Shown piece by piece: positions 20,617 to 30,214 of a stretch of DNA of 64,000 bases. Source of the DNA: Candidatus Poribacteria bacterium (GTDB lineage Bacteria; Poribacteria; WGA-4E; WGA-3G); contig CBDANF010000003.1 of assembly GCA_965197475.1 (NCBI GenBank), positions 2,368,001 through 2,432,000 on the forward strand. Reading direction: 5' to 3'. Numbering within the stretch: position 1 is the stretch's first letter; every line of letters begins with the position of its first letter. The notes under the pieces were generated by a model. It had not been told where the DNA came from and searched no databases. It worked only from the letters and a program-made list of their open reading frames with translations. Position numbers and translations under genes: made by a program.

Positions 20617-21063
20617 ATGAAACTCAACGAACTCAAACCTCCCCCTGGCGCAACTCGTAAGCGAAAACGCGTTGGCCGTGGTCGCGGATCCGGACATGGT
20701 GGCACCTGTGGTCGTGGGCATAAAGGACAAAAATCTCGTTCCGGCGGTTCAATCCCCGCTTGGTTTGAAGGCGGACAGATGCCTTTGGTCAGGCGTGTCC
20801 CGAAACGCGGACCCCGCAGAATCGCACACAAACGGTTAGAGTATGATGTCGTTAATATAAAAACCCTCAACCTATTTGAAGAGGAAATTGAGGTGAACCC
20901 TGAACGTCTCCGAGAAGCCGGCATCATTAAACGGAAAAACGCGCTCATTAAAATACTCGGCGATGGTCAACTTGACAAACGACTGAACGTGCGCGCACAT
21001 CGGTTTTCAAAATCCGCAATTGAAAAGATCGAAGCTAAAGGTGGCACTGCTGAGGTGATTTAA
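20617..21063 (+). CDS. rplO: 50S ribosomal protein L15
   Basis: [20 protein letters not shown]. Confidence 0.99.
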   Translation: MKLNELKPPPGATRKRKRVGRGRGSGHGGTCGRGHKGQKSRSGGSIPAWFEGGQMPLVRRVPKRGPRRIAHKRLEYDVVNIKTLNLFEEEIEVNPERLREAGIIKRKNALIKILGDGQLDKRLNVRAHRFSKSAIEKIEAKGGTAEVI

Positions 21064-22407
21064 GTGATCAAGGCAATTCAAAACGCGTTTAAAATCCCTG
21101 AATTACGTAAGCGCATTATTTTTTCTGTGATGCTTTTAATCGTTTATCGACTTGGGGCACACATTACGCTTCCAGGTATTGATGATGGTGCACTTGAGGC
21201 ATTTTTTGAACAACTCATGGAGCGTACGGGAAATGTCATTGCACTGATCAATGTCTTCTCAGGCGGCGCATTTAGCCAGATGACGATTTTCGCACTCGGA
21301 ATTCAGCCCTATATCAGTGCCATGATTATTATGCAGCTGCTTCCTATGCTCATCCCATCCTTAGAAAGACTCTCTAAGGAACCGGATGGACGTAAAAAAA
21401 TCACCCAATATACACGCTACGGCACAGTCCTCCTCAGCATTGTTCAAGGGATAACGATTACCATTTTGTTAAGAAATCCAGGACAATTAATCGGCGGGGG
21501 TGCTGGTACTATAGTCAACAATCCCACCATTTGGTGGCACGCCTTGACAGTCTTAACATTAACAGCAGGCACCGCTTTTGTGATGTGGCTCGGTGAACAA
21601 ATTACCGAACGCGGTATTGGACAAGGAATCTCAATAATTATTACTGTCGGTATTATGGCAGGGTTTCCCAGTGGTGTCGTTACTGTCTTCAGGAGCCTGT
21701 TTGAAGATACGCGTTTTGGACTTATCCATCTGGTTACCTTACTTGCTCTCATTGTAATAGCTGTGGCAGGCACAATCTTTATTCATCTTTCTGTTCGCAA
21801 AATTCCAGTTCAATACGGTAAGCAGATCCGTGGTAACAAAGTGTTCGGTGGACGATCGATGTCTTTACCCTTACGGGTCAACACCGCCGGAATGATACCA
21901 ATTATCTTCGCTGTCTACTTAATGACGTTTCCAGGATTCGTCATCGGCATATTGCCAACGGATTGGACTTGGGTTGAAGGTTTGACAAGATTGATGGATC
22001 CTCAAAATCCATCTTTTTTATATCTTAGTATTTATGCATCGTTAATCATCGGATTCACCTATTTCTACACAGCCGTGCAACTCAATCCTGTTGAAATGGC
22101 TGAGAACTTGCAAAAACACGGTGGTTTTATACCTGGACTCCGGCCCGGAAAGCAGACTGCCGATTATATCAATACAACGTTGACACGTATTACACTTCCC
22201 GGTGCATTGTTTCTGGCTGGCATTGCTGTAATTCCTATTTCTATCACTAGTTGGCTCGGTGTTGGCGGAATGGTTGAAGGTGCTTCTGTCTTGATTGTCG
22301 TAGGGGTTGTATTGGATACGGTGTCACAAATTGAATCTTACTTAACGATGCGTCATTATGATGGATTCTTGAAAGATAGACGTTTAAAAGGACGCCGAGG
22401 CAGATAA
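21064..22407 (+). CDS. secY: Preprotein translocase SecY
   Basis: IFALGIQPYISA..WLGEQITERGIG..FIPGLRPG; multiple TMs. Confidence 0.99.
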   Translation: MIKAIQNAFKIPELRKRIIFSVMLLIVYRLGAHITLPGIDDGALEAFFEQLMERTGNVIALINVFSGGAFSQMTIFALGIQPYISAMIIMQLLPMLIPSLERLSKEPDGRKKITQYTRYGTVLLSIVQGITITILLRNPGQLIGGGAGTIVNNPTIWWHALTVLTLTAGTAFVMWLGEQITERGIGQGISIIITVGIMAGFPSGVVTVFRSLFEDTRFGLIHLVTLLALIVIAVAGTIFIHLSVRKIPVQYGKQIRGNKVFGGRSMSLPLRVNTAGMIPIIFAVYLMTFPGFVIGILPTDWTWVEGLTRLMDPQNPSFLYLSIYASLIIGFTYFYTAVQLNPVEMAENLQKHGGFIPGLRPGKQTADYINTTLTRITLPGALFLAGIAVIPISITSWLGVGGMVEGASVLIVVGVVLDTVSQIESYLTMRHYDGFLKDRRLKGRRGR

Positions 22408-22491
22408 ACGCACTATATTATATTCGTATGTGTTGTGCAAGAAAGACTTGCTTGTGAGGCGACCTATAGCAAACGAATTGGAAGGAAAACT

Positions 22492-22608
22492 ATGAAAGTC
22501 CGACCCTCTGTCAAGAAAATGTGTAACCGTTGTAAAATTATTAAAAGAAAAGGAATTATCCGCGTTATCTGTCCTTCGAATCCGAAGCATAAACAACGGC
22601 AGGGATAA
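22492..22608 (+). CDS. rpmJ: 50S ribosomal protein L36 (not in ORF track)
   Basis: Translated by hand: [38 protein letters not shown]. Confidence 0.98.
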   Translation: MKVRPSVKKMCNRCKIIKRKGIIRVICPSNPKHKQRQG

Positions 22609-22634
22609 TCTTTTCTACATGTAAGGAGGAAACC

Positions 22635-23030
22635 ATGGCACGCATAGCAGGAGTGGATTTACCCCGTACTAAACGGATTGATATCGCTTTAACAGCTATC
22701 TTCGGCATTGGTCGTTATACTGCATCACAGATCGTAACTGACCTTAATATCGACCCAGCCAAGAAGGTTGATGCTCTGGCTGAAAACGAAGTCAGTCAAC
22801 TCCGAGATAGAATCACTGAAGAATATAAAGTTGAAGGTGACTTGCGCCGAGAAGTTGACCAAAATATAAAACGACTCATGGATATTAACAGTTATCGTGG
22901 ATTTCGCCACAGACGGCAATTACCTGTGCGGGGGCAACGCACAAATACGAATGCTCGCACACGAAAAGGTAAAGCACGCACGATTTCTGTTGGTAGAAAA
23001 GCCAAAGAAGCAGCACGTAAAGGCGGTTGA
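22635..23030 (+). CDS. rpsM: 30S ribosomal protein S13
   Basis: [26 protein letters not shown]. Confidence 0.99.
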   Translation: MARIAGVDLPRTKRIDIALTAIFGIGRYTASQIVTDLNIDPAKKVDALAENEVSQLRDRITEEYKVEGDLRREVDQNIKRLMDINSYRGFRHRRQLPVRGQRTNTNARTRKGKARTISVGRKAKEAARKGG

Positions 23031-23121
23031 TTTAATCAGAGTTCCGCAGCAGTGCTATTTCTTATGTATCACAAATTGCGCATCCTACAGCGCACTTACG
23101 GTTATCTAAAGGAGAAACAGT

Positions 23122-23493
23122 TTGCGTTCACGAAGACGGGAACGAAAAAATGTACCGGAGGGCATCGCCCACATCCAGGCTACGTTCAATAATACAATTG
23201 TGACTATCACCGACCCCAACGGCAATACGGTTGCTTGGGCGAGCGCAGGAATGACGTTTCCCGGTTCGCGCAAGTCAACACCTTTTGCAGCGCAACAGAC
23301 TGCAGAAGCATGTGCCAGAAAAGCAATGGAACACGGTATGAAACGGGTTGAAGTGAGAGTCAAAGGCCCAGGATCCGGGCGAGAATCTTCAATTCGCGCA
23401 CTTGCCGCTGCTGGGCTAGAAATTACTTTGATGAAAGATATGACACCCATTCCACACAACGGATGTCGTCCACCCAAAAGACGACGGGTGTAA
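23122..23493 (+). CDS. rpsK: 30S ribosomal protein S11
   Basis: [29 protein letters not shown]. Confidence 0.99.
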   Translation: MRSRRRERKNVPEGIAHIQATFNNTIVTITDPNGNTVAWASAGMTFPGSRKSTPFAAQQTAEACARKAMEHGMKRVEVRVKGPGSGRESSIRALAAAGLEITLMKDMTPIPHNGCRPPKRRRV

Positions 23494-23505
23494 CCAAGGA
23501 GGCAC

Positions 23506-24138
23506 ATGAGTAGGTATTTAGATTCTGTTTGTAAGTTATGCCGTCGAGAGGGGGAAAAACTTTTTCTGAAAGGCCGCAGATGCCTTGGACCAAAATGCTC
23601 CTTTGAACGAAGAAGTTATCCACCCGGCGACCACGGACAAAAACCACCCACACGCGCTCGGGGCGAATATCGACGACAATTACGCACTAAACAAAAAGCA
23701 AAGCGAATTTACGGTATCTTTGAGAAACAGTTTCGCAACTATTATTTCAAAGCAGCACGCCAAACCGGTATCACCGGCGAGAATTTAATTGCGCTCCTTG
23801 AACGCCGCTTAGACAATGTCGTTTATCGACTCGGGTTTGCAACATCACGTAAACAAGCCAGACAATTGGTGAAACACAATCACTTCACTGTCAATGGGAA
23901 GCGAGTCAATATACCTTCCTATCTGGTTGAAATTGGAGATGTTATCACCCCACGCGAAAAAAGCCGTGAAAGCATCACGATTCAAGAAGCGTTAGAATTT
24001 TCAAAGCAACGGGGCGCACCCGAATGGCTCGAAATTGATGCTGGTAAGCCTGAAGGACGAGTGCAAGGAACACCAATTGTGGAGCATATTGCAGCAGAGT
24101 TAGACACACAACTAATTATTGAATTATACTCAAGGTAA
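23506..24138 (+). CDS. rpsD: 30S ribosomal protein S4
   Basis: [25 protein letters not shown]. Confidence 0.99.
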   Translation: MSRYLDSVCKLCRREGEKLFLKGRRCLGPKCSFERRSYPPGDHGQKPPTRARGEYRRQLRTKQKAKRIYGIFEKQFRNYYFKAARQTGITGENLIALLERRLDNVVYRLGFATSRKQARQLVKHNHFTVNGKRVNIPSYLVEIGDVITPREKSRESITIQEALEFSKQRGAPEWLEIDAGKPEGRVQGTPIVEHIAAELDTQLIIELYSR

Positions 24139-24236
24139 CAACTATTGCCTCTTGAATGTTAACAAATTTGATCCGTTCAATATGATTGTTATTTTATCAA
24201 ATTTGACAGAAAAAGCCGTAAATCCACGGTTCCCTA

Positions 24237-24266
24237 TTGCGTAGGATAATATAAGAATATTAAAAT
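24237..24266 (+). promoter_or_regulatory. Possible internal promoter for rpoA-rplQ
   Basis: TTGCGT - 18 bp - TAAAAT in the 400-bp rpsD-rpoA spacer. Confidence 0.3.
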
Positions 24267-24540
24267 GCGCCTTACCTCTGTCGAAATTCCAAGAGGCAAT
24301 TCAAGTTGTTTTCATAACTACTTACTGTTGTAACCTCTACTAATTGTTTGATACAACCGTGTCAACAATAACAGATAACACAACACAAGCAGTTGTAACG
24401 AGTACATAGTCAAAAAACATTACAGTTTTACAAGCCACATTAATCCCGCGACAACGCACGTGGGCAGGCGAGGTAATGTTTTTGGAACAAAACTGTTTGA
24501 CTCTGTTTATAGAAAAACTTAAGCCTATAGGAGGAAATCG

Positions 24541-25563
24541 ATGAATAGGTTGCATTTAACAATGCCTGACCGTCTGGTAGCCGATACCGAAACCTTACTG
24601 CCAAATTATGCGAAATACACCGCTGAGCCTCTTGAACGAGGATTCGGTACTACTCTGGGCAACTCGCTTCGTCGAGTACTTCTCTCTTCCATTAAAGGAT
24701 CTGCCATCACTGCCATTCAAGTCGATCAGGTCAAGCATGAATATTCAACTATTCCAGGAATTTTAGAAGATGTTGTACAGATAATTCTTAACCTCAAGAC
24801 AATTCGGTTCCGACTTCTACAGGACGAACCCATGATATTGGAACTCACCGCAAGCGGTTCCGGTGAACTGACAGCAGCCGACATCCGCCCCAATGCACTT
24901 GTTGAAATTATCAACCCTGACCAACACATCGGAACGCTTGATAAGTGTCAGGGAATAGATATGGAAATTCAAGTCCAGACGGGACGCGGTTACTCACTTG
25001 CAGAAGAACATAGGGATCTTAAACAACCCATCGGATGGATCCCGGTTGATGCAAAATTTTCGCCGGTCGAAAAAGTTAATTTCTGGGTAAACGAAACCCG
25101 GGTTGAAGACATGACGAATTTCGATCAACTCAATCTCGAAATATGGACAGATGGAAGTATTACACCGAAATTGGCTATCACACAAGCCGCGGATATTTTG
25201 CGCAGCCAACTTGATATCTTTACCGAATTCGATGAAACCTACGTCGAACCAGAACCCGAAATTGACGAAGCGAAAATATTGAGAAACAGATACCTCTCAA
25301 AACCTGTCGCTGACTTGGAGCTTTCAGTACGAGCTGGAAACTGCCTTGAAACCGCAAATATCAAAACTATACGTCAACTTGTTGCCAAAAATGAGAAAGA
25401 GATGTTGGAATACAAGAACTTCGGTAGAACTTCTCTGAATGAAATCAAAGACCAACTTGCCAACATGGGATTGACTCTTGGAATGGATTTAGATGACGAT
25501 CTTTATATTGACACAGATGGGGAGGAATCAGAATGCGACACAGAAAACGCGGAAGAAAATTAG
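24541..25563 (+). CDS. rpoA: RNA polymerase alpha subunit
   Basis: EPLERGFGTTLGNSLRRVLLSS..LELSVR..KNFGRTSL.EI. Confidence 0.99.
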   Translation: MNRLHLTMPDRLVADTETLLPNYAKYTAEPLERGFGTTLGNSLRRVLLSSIKGSAITAIQVDQVKHEYSTIPGILEDVVQIILNLKTIRFRLLQDEPMILELTASGSGELTAADIRPNALVEIINPDQHIGTLDKCQGIDMEIQVQTGRGYSLAEEHRDLKQPIGWIPVDAKFSPVEKVNFWVNETRVEDMTNFDQLNLEIWTDGSITPKLAITQAADILRSQLDIFTEFDETYVEPEPEIDEAKILRNRYLSKPVADLELSVRAGNCLETANIKTIRQLVAKNEKEMLEYKNFGRTSLNEIKDQLANMGLTLGMDLDDDLYIDTDGEESECDTENAEEN

Positions 25564-25934
25564 GACGTACCACAAGCCATAGAAACGCTCTCTTCCGCAA
25601 CCAAGCTACCGCACTGTTCGAACATGAACAAATCCGGACAACCTTGCACAAATGTAAGGAACTCCGACGCGTCGCGGAAAAACTTATCACACTCGCAAAA
25701 CAGGACACTTTGCATGCACGCCGACGTGCCGCACGACACTTATATGGGGCGAACCTCCATTATACACCACGTCGTGGTGAATCGGGAGCAGTCCAAAAAC
25801 ACGCTATTCTTCAGAAACTTTTTGAAGATATAGCACCTCGGTACCAAGATCGGAATGGCGGCTATACACGCATTATTCGCGGGGAATTAAGACGCGGCGA
25901 CGGTGCACAGATGGCTTACATTCAACTTGTTTGA
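25533..25934 (+). CDS. rplQ: 50S ribosomal protein L17
   Basis: MRHRK..LGR..GGYTRI..RRGDGA.MA. Overlaps rpoA by 31 bp. Confidence 0.99.
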   Translation: MRHRKRGRKLGRTTSHRNALFRNQATALFEHEQIRTTLHKCKELRRVAEKLITLAKQDTLHARRRAARHLYGANLHYTPRRGESGAVQKHAILQKLFEDIAPRYQDRNGGYTRIIRGELRRGDGAQMAYIQLV

Positions 25935-25951
25935 TAATTACCCTTATAACA

Positions 25952-25985
25952 AAACAAGGGCGGAGTTTCAACTCCGCCCTTGTTT
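25952..25985 (+). terminator. Intrinsic terminator ending the ribosomal superoperon
   Basis: aaacaagggcggagtt-tc-aactccgcccttgttt. Confidence 0.88.
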
Positions 25986-26060
25986 GCTTAAACTGTAAAA
26001 CTCAAATTAAAACCGATACGCTCCTGATACGAAAACTTGATGTGTATTCTGCTTCATTGT

Positions 26061-26215
26061 TATACCATTTCTAAGTGATTATATTGCATTAATTCGTCCG
26101 TTGGGTAGAGTTTGCGAAACCCATTATGTGTCAACTTAAGGAAATTAACCCTTATTTGTATGTATTTCAGCCCCAACGGGGCGAAAGGTGTATAAAAAAC
26201 GCGTGATAACAATTT
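26061..26215. mobile_element. Composite MITE/REP segment abutting the transposase 3' end
   Basis: 26061-26140 is a near reverse complement of 49721-49802. agccccaacggggcgaaaggtgt is related to repeats at 49545 and 52058. Confidence 0.6.
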
Positions 26216-27264
26216 TTAGATGCCGCCAATACTGTTCTATACCGTGGTGTTGAGACCATATCCGTAGGATTTCACACGCACGCAGCGGTTTCCCGAATAC
26301 CAGCATTGTTCGGATTTTGCCACGGTCTGCCAAGAACAACACCACTACTTTTCCAAAAGTTGGACTTGTGGCTTTAGTGCGATAGACCGGTTTATCGCAA
26401 CCCCATTGATTGGAGAGGAGTTTGATCGGCTTTTTATGCTCCGAGAGTTTCACCTTTTTTTCATCAATCGTCATCACATAGTTGCTTTTTCCGTGCACAA
26501 GGATCGTTTCAAATCCCATTTCTCGCAAGGTGTCAATCAAGTGGTGGCTGCCATACCACGCATCGAAGGTGATCGGATAGTTTCGGATATCTATTCCGGT
26601 CTCTTCAAAAAAGGACACCACTTCCTTGAACATAGTGATGACACAGGAGGGTTTATCCGTGTTCCCGCGGCCTTGTTTGCTGACCAGTCGCATATTCAGC
26701 GGAATGATCTGATTTCCAATCTTTATTGTGATCCCCAATATATTTTGTCCCTTCATCGGCTGATTTGCTTGAGAAGACCACCAATCAGATACGTAGGAGA
26801 GCTCCGCTCCATAACGGAAAACAAAGGTATCATCCACACTGATGACGATACACAGACGCGATAGGGTAGAAGCACTTTTTGATACTGCCTCCTGTAGCAC
26901 CTCTAACGCAATAGAACACCCGATACGCACAAAAAGATGCTGCCAGAGATAAAGACTCATCGTATTCAGTGCCCGATATAGTCTCGCTTTCGGAATAGAC
27001 AGCGCATCCGCCACTTGATCCGGGTTAGTAAGTCCAAACAGATGACAGGTTGACAAAAACACTAAGGTATGAACAAGACCCTGTTTCAAGGTGCGAAACT
27101 GTGAAGAAAGAAGTAGTTGAAAAAAGGTTATAGATTTGATAAGCTGAGTTAGCATGAGATGTCCTCCTAATGCATTTTATGTCTGAAACTGTAATTAGGA
27201 TGGGCTCTCATGCTATAAAAGTCAAGGAAAATGGACACAGCAAAAACGCATTTTCATGGCGTTA
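26145..27264 (-). mobile_element. IS4/IS701-like DDE insertion sequence, 3'-truncated (transposase 27155..26145)
   Basis: SVDDT, FDAWYG and HGIEQYWRHLK DDE motifs. The 22-bp end taacgccatgaaaatgcgtttt (27264-27243) is shared with 60261. Confidence 0.8.
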
Positions 27265-28208
27265 CACCTTGTTTCTATTGATGATTATTAGGTTGAAGAC
27301 CATTCTGAGAAATATCAGATAGGTTACGTCAGTGACGATGCCATTAAAATGCAGGAAGCTGCCCATGCAGCCGGTGCTGATAGATACTGGTCTTATACAG
27401 AGTATGATAATCATACGCATGCGGATTGGCGGGATGATTATCAAAGGGCAATAGGTGCTGAAGATTGGCCCCCAGAAATTGATACTTCCGGGCAGCTGGC
27501 ATCCCAAACACAGACCGGCGATGGCACGTCTTCGGAAACTACTGTGCCGGTAGACAACTCCCCCGACTGTGATTCCTGTACAACAGGTGGGTGTTCCGCG
27601 TGCCCGGTTATGGTGCTTGTGGGGTGCATACCGGCATCGCCTCAAGTGAGGCAAGTGACCACGCTTATACAGTGGGTGGCTGTACGCATTCCTACTATAT
27701 GTGTCAAGCAAGCGGCCATGAATGGGGCACCGCGCCGTGTGGCGATGCGACACATGTTGGGTATCTCTGTCAAATTGTCGCATCGGATCAGGAGTGGGTA
27801 TATGAGATTTGTCCATCCATGCATGCATATTATGAATGCGATGGGAGTGATCATTCATTACAAGCGAGTTGTTCAGAAACGAATGCAAACGGCGATAGTT
27901 GTACGGTGACGAGTTTCTATGCGTGTCAGACGCATACGCATGCCTATCCACCTCTGCCGACGGTTGCTTGTTGGGCGAGCAGCTGGTCTGGCTGCACGGC
28001 ACAGGTGAGTTCAGGTACAGCGCATAGAGTTGACAGCTGCACATCGTGTAGCAGTACCTATTGGACGTGTAGTTCAGATCATGTTGCCCTACATGAAACA
28101 CAACGAACATGTCGGCGTTCCGGCTGTGGGCAGACTTTTATACGCTGTTCCAAGCCAACGTGTCTCGCTGACTCAGACAGGAAGTGCTGGGCGGTGAATA
28201 CCGACTAA
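27265..28208 (+). pseudogene. Disrupted secreted protein: peptidase-M15-like tail plus Cys/His-rich C-terminus
   Basis: 5' end removed by the IS, in-frame TAG at 27289, and a frameshift near 27610 joining ..CDSCTTGGCSACPV to GACGVH..C-rich. YDNHTHADWR resembles the M15 HxHxDxR motif. Confidence 0.6.
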
Positions 28209-28220
28209 TCTTTCAACAAC

Positions 28221-28256
28221 AAGGCAGGTATCCGATTTTGGTATCTGCCTTTCTTC
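28221..28256 (+). terminator. Hairpin before second GspC-like gene
   Basis: aaggcaggtatc...ggtatctgcctt followed by tcttct. Confidence 0.6.
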
Positions 28257-28277
28257 TATTCAACGGGACACACTTTG

Positions 28278-28751
28278 ATGAACCCTCGCATATTCGGATT
28301 TCTCTTTGTTGGACTGCTTATTTTATTGACTGCGGACAGTCTTTATCTCCGCCCAGCTGCACCTACCCCTCCGCAGCAACGACAAACGCGCGAGGTATCA
28401 AGTCAATCAAAGTCAATGCAGCGCGATGCTACCACAAGGAACACCGATAGCACACCCGACTCATTCTACCAGACTATCATTGACAACAATATCTTCCGTT
28501 CACTCGGTTGGCAACCGCCCAGAAAACAGCCGGACTATACCCTCATCGGCACAGCAGTTTCCCAAAATGTTGCAGATTCAAAGGCGTTTATATTGGAGCG
28601 GCGTTCAAATCGGTTGCATACTGTCAAAGTTGGGGACACCCTTGACGATGCGCGTGTAAAAGAGATTCAATCGAAACGTGTTACACTGCATGAAGCAGGA
28701 AAAGACATAATCCTGCATGGCGGCAGGCTGCAGTTTTCTAATATCAATTAA
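28278..28751 (+). CDS. GspC/T2SS protein C-like (paralog of 5422..5874)
   Basis: TM, then TPDSFYQTIIDNNIFRSLGWQPPRKQPDYTLIGT (26/34 identical to paralog), then VKVGDTL..VKEIQSKRVTL. Confidence 0.68.
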   Translation: MNPRIFGFLFVGLLILLTADSLYLRPAAPTPPQQRQTREVSSQSKSMQRDATTRNTDSTPDSFYQTIIDNNIFRSLGWQPPRKQPDYTLIGTAVSQNVADSKAFILERRSNRLHTVKVGDTLDDARVKEIQSKRVTLHEAGKDIILHGGRLQFSNIN

Positions 28752-28837
28752 CTTGATTAGAAGTTTTGTGAAAAAGTCAGCATTGTGAGGAGAATCCAGA
28801 GACCTCGCACTACAAATCGGGTTAATTTGGTATTACA

Positions 28838-29890
28838 CTAAAATTCGTTAAATACTTTCACAGGTTTTCCTGTTTTAATAGATTCCCACGCTGCAACCCC
28901 TACAGCAATAGACTTCGCGCCATCAACAACATTTGGAGACGGTTCCAAATCTTCCGCAAGACACTGCTGAAAATGCCGCATATATCGGATAACTGTTTGT
29001 CCGTGTCCATAAACACTTGTGTCAACTTCAGGTGGACATATCATCTCAAAAGGTTCTCTCGTGGACATTTTATCAAGCATGAGTTTTACTTGTCCGCCTT
29101 TGTTATCCGTAAAGTCACCGATCATTGTGCCTTTGCTACCGTAAATGGATACTTGCATCATCGGCATCGGTGGGTGAACAACGTCGTAAAGCCCCATCGC
29201 TCTTGCGATTTGTCCACTCTTAAACTTCAGATTAAGAAAAAAGTTGTTTTTTATCGGGTATTCTGGCGTGAGCGTACCTTTTGTGCCGTAAGCATGAACC
29301 TCTTCGACATCACCGAGAAAACTGCGTAGAATGTCAACAGGATGCACAACCCCTCCAAACATTAGGTCTTGTGGAGCATGGAGTCGCCACGGTGTGAAAT
29401 CATAGACATCGCGCAGATCATGGACATAATAGGCATCTGCCACCATAATATCACCTAAATCACCATCGTCAAAGAGGCGTTTCATTGTTAAAAATTGCAG
29501 GTCAAACCGCATCGTCTGTCCGACAAGGAATTTGACACCGTGTTCACGGACTAAGTCCACTAAGCATTGTGCATCGGCTAACGTTGTCACCATCGGTTTA
29601 GTGCAGACAACATGTTTTCCAGCTTCAATGGCTGCGATGCAATGTTCGGCGTGAAGATGGTCAGGAGAATACACAGCAATGACAGAGATGTCATCACGTA
29701 GAATCAATTCACCATAATCTGTCGTCCAAAAATCGACTCCAATATCTTTGGCGTAGTTTTCAAGAATGTCCGGTCGCTTTGCACAGATGCCGCGAAGTTC
29801 ATAATTCAGGTCCGGCACATCTTTGAGCAGAGTTGCCGTTGAACCCATATTGGTAGGGTTGATTCCGATGACACCTAATCCTATTGCCAT
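28838..29890 (-). CDS. Gfo/Idh/MocA family oxidoreductase
   Basis: PDHLHAE..AGKHVVCTKPM..VGQTMRF..HPVD. Confidence 0.9.
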   Translation of the reverse strand: MAIGLGVIGINPTNMGSTATLLKDVPDLNYELRGICAKRPDILENYAKDIGVDFWTTDYGELILRDDISVIAVYSPDHLHAEHCIAAIEAGKHVVCTKPMVTTLADAQCLVDLVREHGVKFLVGQTMRFDLQFLTMKRLFDDGDLGDIMVADAYYVHDLRDVYDFTPWRLHAPQDLMFGGVVHPVDILRSFLGDVEEVHAYGTKGTLTPEYPIKNNFFLNLKFKSGQIARAMGLYDVVHPPMPMMQVSIYGSKGTMIGDFTDNKGGQVKLMLDKMSTREPFEMICPPEVDTSVYGHGQTVIRYMRHFQQCLAEDLEPSPNVVDGAKSIAVGVAAWESIKTGKPVKVFNEF

Positions 29891-29949
29891 TTTTTACTCC
29901 TTTGATTACGCACAATCTTATCATAAATCCCTTTGATTGGCAAGTTTTT

Positions 29950-30115
29950 ATCGGGTGTGTAAAGTTTTTGTCACAAGGTGTGAGATTGTGAGGTCTCAGT
30001 GCATCTTGCTACGGGTGCACCCGTAGGAGGGAACTCCGATTCCCGACAAAAAATGTAATGGTTGCGCTTCGGAGATCTCTCATACAATATTCGGAAAACT
30101 AAATAACCCTGCCAA
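29950..30115. repeat. MITE/REP-like intergenic element
   Basis: Imperfect ends cgggtgtgtaaagtttt / aaaactaaataaccctg around gtaggagggaactccgattcccgac...ggagatctctcatac. Confidence 0.4.
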
Positions 30116-30214
30116 TAACAATTCTTACTTGCTATTTTTTTGTTAATCGTTTATTATTAATAGATATGGCAGAGATTGATACCGGTATCAGAATATTACA
30201 AGGAGAACACGATT

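Noticed and set aside
27289-27615. Programmed recoding (amber read-through/frameshift) in the Cys-rich gene
   Set aside because: No slippery site, and the 5' end is destroyed by the IS; simple decay is more parsimonious.
27262-28110. 282-aa minus-strand ORF
   Set aside because: Antisense to the Cys-rich remnant, with no recognisable motifs.
5422-28751. Ribosomal operon as cargo of a mobile unit bounded by the two GspC-like cassettes
   Set aside because: The flanking paralogs are well diverged, with no att sites or integrase; proximity is probably due to high family copy number.
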